Source: an uncultured Coprobacillus sp.
GTDB lineage: Bacteria; Bacillota_I; Bacilli_A; ML615J-28; CAG-698
Assembly (NCBI GenBank): GCA_964389905.1
Contig: CAYMGD010000001.1
Span: 47,334-111,333, forward strand
Length of the DNA stretch: 64,000 nucleotides
Direction: 5' to 3'
Shown here piece after piece: positions 60,234 to 64,000 of the stretch. Every line of letters begins with the position of its first letter. The stretch's first letter is position 1. The notes below the pieces were generated by a model. That model searched no databases and was not told where the DNA came from. It worked only from the letters and a program-made list of their open reading frames with translations. The translations under genes and the position numbers were made by a program.

Positions 60234-60530
60234 ATAGAGATAACTATAATTCATTAGATAATATAAGGGTTTGGTTGTTTAGAAGAACAGTCAGACCCTT
60301 TATTTTTTTGAAAAGTTACGAAAGTTGACTAATATTTAATAAAAATAATTAATAAATAATAAGAATATCTATAAATATACTATTTACATTATGCAAAACT
60401 GCAGCTATACAAGAATGTTAAAAAATGATATAATTAATTAAATAATCAAGTGAAATAGTATTAAAAGCAAAAGGACTAATTATATATAACTATATGTTTG
60501 ATAAAGAATATATAACAGAAGGAGCAAGAA

Positions 60531-61334
60531 ATGATTTTTATAATAATAATTCTTATAATAATAGCATTACTAATTACACTTAAGTATAGAAACAAAAAAT
60601 ATGAGCAATTTGTGTTAGAACATAGTATATTATTAGCTAATGTTCGCCAAATCAATGAAAAGTATAAGTTTAAAGAAGTTCATAAATTAAAACTTACACA
60701 TAGGTACGATAATGAAGTATTTTATAATGAGATATCTCCTAGTGATTATTTAACCTATCAACTTGTATATATTAAGAAAAGTGTGAAGTCTGCAATGAGG
60801 GATACTTTAGATAATTGTAATAAATTTGATTTTTACTCACATGAATTAGATGAACTTGATTTCCAATGTCAATTTGATGCTGAGTGTCCTTTTCATAATA
60901 AAAGGAAACTGTTTCGAACGGAAATAAAGCTTTACAAACAATTGGTCCAAGAGCCAATTACTTCTTATACTATTGAAGTTGAACTTATTCAAACTAATAT
61001 TAATGGTAAAGTATTAGCTAAAAAATATGATATCATTTGTGCTGATGAAATCGAAAGCATAATTAAAAGATTAGAGAACAAAAGAGGAGATTTTTATTTG
61101 GATAGAGAAATATGGGAAGCAATATGCCGAGTAGAAAGAGGTAAAGTATCTAATAAAATGCGTTTTGCAATTTACAAGAGAGATAACTATCAATGTCAAA
61201 AATGTGGAAGAAAAAATGTTGAACTGGAAATTGACCATATATATCCAATAGCTAAAGGTGGTAAAACTACCATAGATAATTTGCAAACTCTATGCAAGAG
61301 GTGTAATAAGGCTAAATCAGATAAAATAGAATAA
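60531..61334 (+). CDS. HNH endonuclease domain protein with an N-terminal TM segment
   Basis: C-terminal CQKCGRKNVELEIDHIYPIAKGGKTTIDNLQTLCKRCNKAKSDK. Confidence 0.6.
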   Translation: MIFIIIILIIIALLITLKYRNKKYEQFVLEHSILLANVRQINEKYKFKEVHKLKLTHRYDNEVFYNEISPSDYLTYQLVYIKKSVKSAMRDTLDNCNKFDFYSHELDELDFQCQFDAECPFHNKRKLFRTEIKLYKQLVQEPITSYTIEVELIQTNINGKVLAKKYDIICADEIESIIKRLENKRGDFYLDREIWEAICRVERGKVSNKMRFAIYKRDNYQCQKCGRKNVELEIDHIYPIAKGGKTTIDNLQTLCKRCNKAKSDKIE

Positions 61335-61430
61335 TATATTAATATTTAATAGAAATCATATAAACTTTTTGTTTTAAAAAATGCCTTTTTATGGTATACT
61401 AATAATAAATATATTAAAGGAGTGATTATT

Positions 61431-64000
61431 TTGAATTTATACAATTTAAAAAGTTATAAAGTGCTTGAAGAAAGATTTATCAAAGAGATTGATTCTCGTG
61501 CTTTTCTATTAGAACATAACAAAACAAAAGCTAAAGTTTTAGTTATGGCAAATGATGATAAGAATAAAACTTTTGCTATTTCTTTTAGAACACCACCAAC
61601 AAATGATACGGGAATACCTCATATTATCGAGCATTCTGTTTTGTGTGGCTCGAAGAAGTTTCCTTCGAAGGAACCATTTGTTGAGTTGTTGAAAGCTTCT
61701 TTGAATACCTTTTTAAATGCAATGACTTATCCTGATAAAACAGTATACCCTGTTTCAAGTTGTAATGATAAAGATTTTCAAAATTTAATGGAAGTTTATT
61801 TGGATGCAGTCCTTTATCCTAACATTTATACCAATGAAAAGATATTTAAACAAGAAGGATGGCATTATGAATTAGATAAACCAGATGGTGAACTAATTTA
61901 TAATGGCGTAGTTTATAATGAAATGAAAGGTGCTTTTTCTTCACCTGAACAAGTTCTAATGCGAGAGATTTTACATGTAATGTATAAAGATAATTGCTAT
62001 ACGGTTGAGTCTGGTGGTAATCCTGATTTTATTCCTGATTTAACATATAATGAATTTTTAGATTTTCATAAGAAGTATTATCATCCTTCTAATTCATATA
62101 TATATCTATATGGTGATTGTGATTTCGAGGAAAAACTTGAATGGATGGATAAAGAGTATTTATCGAAGTTCGAGGAAAGACAAATTGATTCTCGAATCAA
62201 CAAGCAAAAAGATTTTAAAGAAACAATTAAACATTATGTAGATTATCCAATTGGTGCAGAAGAATCATTAGAAGGTAAAACATATATATCAGAAAACTAT
62301 CTAATTGGTGAGAGCAAAGATACATTATTGTGGATGACATTTACTATTCTTTCTTATGTATTGTTTGAGGCACCTGGGGCAGCTGTTAAACAAGCTTTAC
62401 TTGATGCTAACATTGGAAAAGAAGTATCATCTTCTTATGATAGTGGTTTAATACAACCTTTATTTACAATTTATGCAAGCGGAACTGACAAAGATAAAGA
62501 AGAAGATTTCCATCGCATCATTAAAGAAACATTAGAAAAATGCGTTAAGGAAGGTATTGATAAGAAGGCTATTCAAGCTGCTATCAATGTTTACGAATTC
62601 AAATATCGTGAAGCTGATTTCGGTAGTGAACCTAAAGGTTTAATCTATGGTTTAAATCTTGCTGATACGTGGACGTATGATGAAAGCCCATTCTTGCGTT
62701 TAGAAACTGGTGCCATTTTCGAAGAGCTAAAGAAACTTGTTCCAACAAATTATTTCGAAGAAACAGTAATTAAGTATTTACTCAATAACAAGAATAAAGG
62801 ATTTGTTGTATGCTCACCAAATAAAGAGTTAGGCAAACAAAAAGAAGCAAAAGTAAAGGAAAAACTTGCTAATTATAAAAATTCACTAACTAAAGAACAG
62901 ATTGAACAAATAATTCTTGAAACAAAAGAATTAAAAGAATATCAAGCATCACCTTCAAAGAAAGAAGATTTAGATAAGATTCCATATCTTACAAGAGAAG
63001 ATTTAAAATCTGATTTAGAGAAAACAAGTAATATAGTTTTAAATGAAGATAATGTAAAAGTAATTCACCACAATCATTTTACAAATGGCATAGGATATTT
63101 AAATATTTTATTCGACACAAATGATGTTAGCGAAGAATTGCTTCCATATGTTTCTATTCTAACAGCTATTCTTGGTAAGATTAATACTAAGAATTATACA
63201 TATAACGAAATTAATATTGAAAAGAATCTTAATAGTGGTGGCATAAGCTTTTCAACGTATCAAACTTCTGGAAAGAATGCTAAACTATATTTATCTTGCA
63301 ATGCAAGTGTGTTATATGAAAAAATACCTTTTGCTTTTGCAATGATTAAAGAAATGATCAATAATTCTTTATTTGATGATAAGAAACGTATTAAAGAAAT
63401 TATCCTTGAATTAAAGAATCAAAAAGAAAATGCTATTATTGGCCGAGGTAATGTATATTCATTCCTTAAAGCCTTAGGATATATCGATAAAGCATCATAT
63501 ATGTCAGATTTATTAAGCGGTATCGAATTCTATAAGAAACTTGATAAAATAGTTGATAATTATGACAAAGAATTTGATAATTTAGTATCTAATATAAATA
63601 CATTAGCAGGTTATATTTTCCAAAAACAAAATATGCTTATTTCATATACTTCTAATCAAGAAGGATTCGAATTAATGCGTAAGGAAATAAAAGGTTTTTC
63701 TAATGACTTACGAACAGGAAAATATGAAATGGATAAATTTGATTACAAAGTTAATATCTTAAATGAAGGAATAAAAACTTCATCAAATATTCAATTTGTA
63801 TCAAGGGTTGGCAATTATGTAAATCATGGTTATAAGTATGCAGGTGCTTTAGCTGTTCTTAATAATATTCTCAATACCGAATATTTGTGGGTTAAGGGTC
63901 GTGTTTTAGGTGGTGCTTATGGCTGTTCGTGCGTTTTTAGAAGAAATGGTAATACAGTATTCACATCATATCGTGATCCAAATCTTAGAGAAACAAATAA
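61431..64000 (+). CDS. M16-family (insulinase-like) Zn metallopeptidase, 3' partial (runs off the window end)
   Basis: TTG start after RBS AAAGGAG. Inverted zinc motif HIIEHSVLCGSKKFP (HxxEH). The frame is open to nt 64000. Not in the ORF track because no stop falls inside the window. Confidence 0.65.
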   Translation, partial: MNLYNLKSYKVLEERFIKEIDSRAFLLEHNKTKAKVLVMANDDKNKTFAISFRTPPTNDTGIPHIIEHSVLCGSKKFPSKEPFVELLKASLNTFLNAMTYPDKTVYPVSSCNDKDFQNLMEVYLDAVLYPNIYTNEKIFKQEGWHYELDKPDGELIYNGVVYNEMKGAFSSPEQVLMREILHVMYKDNCYTVESGGNPDFIPDLTYNEFLDFHKKYYHPSNSYIYLYGDCDFEEKLEWMDKEYLSKFEERQIDSRINKQKDFKETIKHYVDYPIGAEESLEGKTYISENYLIGESKDTLLWMTFTILSYVLFEAPGAAVKQALLDANIGKEVSSSYDSGLIQPLFTIYASGTDKDKEEDFHRIIKETLEKCVKEGIDKKAIQAAINVYEFKYREADFGSEPKGLIYGLNLADTWTYDESPFLRLETGAIFEELKKLVPTNYFEETVIKYLLNNKNKGFVVCSPNKELGKQKEAKVKEKLANYKNSLTKEQIEQIILETKELKEYQASPSKKEDLDKIPYLTREDLKSDLEKTSNIVLNEDNVKVIHHNHFTNGIGYLNILFDTNDVSEELLPYVSILTAILGKINTKNYTYNEINIEKNLNSGGISFSTYQTSGKNAKLYLSCNASVLYEKIPFAFAMIKEMINNSLFDDKKRIKEIILELKNQKENAIIGRGNVYSFLKALGYIDKASYMSDLLSGIEFYKKLDKIVDNYDKEFDNLVSNINTLAGYIFQKQNMLISYTSNQEGFELMRKEIKGFSNDLRTGKYEMDKFDYKVNILNEGIKTSSNIQFVSRVGNYVNHGYKYAGALAVLNNILNTEYLWVKGRVLGGAYGCSCVFRRNGNTVFTSYRDPNLRETN

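Overview
Overall: an AT-rich (roughly 28-30% GC) stretch from a low-GC, Firmicutes/Mollicutes-like anaerobe. All calls below come from reading the sequence by eye. No BLAST, HMM searches or RNA folding were run, so every family name rests on recognised motifs only.

Housekeeping genes frame the window:
- a 5'-partial [FeFe]-hydrogenase-like gene,
- feoA-feoA-feoB plus a small Cys-rich membrane protein,
- a livKHMGF branched-chain amino-acid ABC transporter behind a T-box-like leader,
- a PerR/Fur-rubrerythrin pair, cca, a cell-wall amidase,
- a 3'-partial M16 peptidase.

Between these lie accessory, defence-island-like patches:
- Abi_2 (AbiD/F-like),
- AbiEi/AbiEii,
- an AAA-ATPase plus split DUF4276/RloB-like pair,
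- three DUF1016 (YhcG) nuclease copies, two of them decayed,
- an HNH protein,
- a degenerate IS21 element, an IS30-like HTH remnant and a serine-recombinase fragment,
- several direct-repeat-bounded cassettes.

The main finding is a composite locus at about 2.3-18.2 kb. It contains a complete diversity-generating retroelement (DGR): a variable repeat (VR) at the 3' end of a 1454-aa Cys-rich lipoprotein (9319..13683), an Avd gene, a template repeat (TR) built of AAC codons, and a reverse transcriptase (RT). The VR/TR mismatches are adenine-specific, and there is a GC-rich IMH plus a downstream hairpin.

The DGR sits inside a family of three paralogous surface lipoproteins, one of them a pseudogene. 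Each lipoprotein is immediately preceded by a cytoplasmic gene carrying a defence-type effector domain: SIR2-like twice, an FRG domain once. The whole array is flanked by two paralogous HD-domain-like proteins, and one of these overlaps the RT stop codon by 11 nt. A G9 homopolymer sits inside the promoter spacer of the first SIR2-like gene, the classic layout for phase variation. I do not know of a described system with this architecture.
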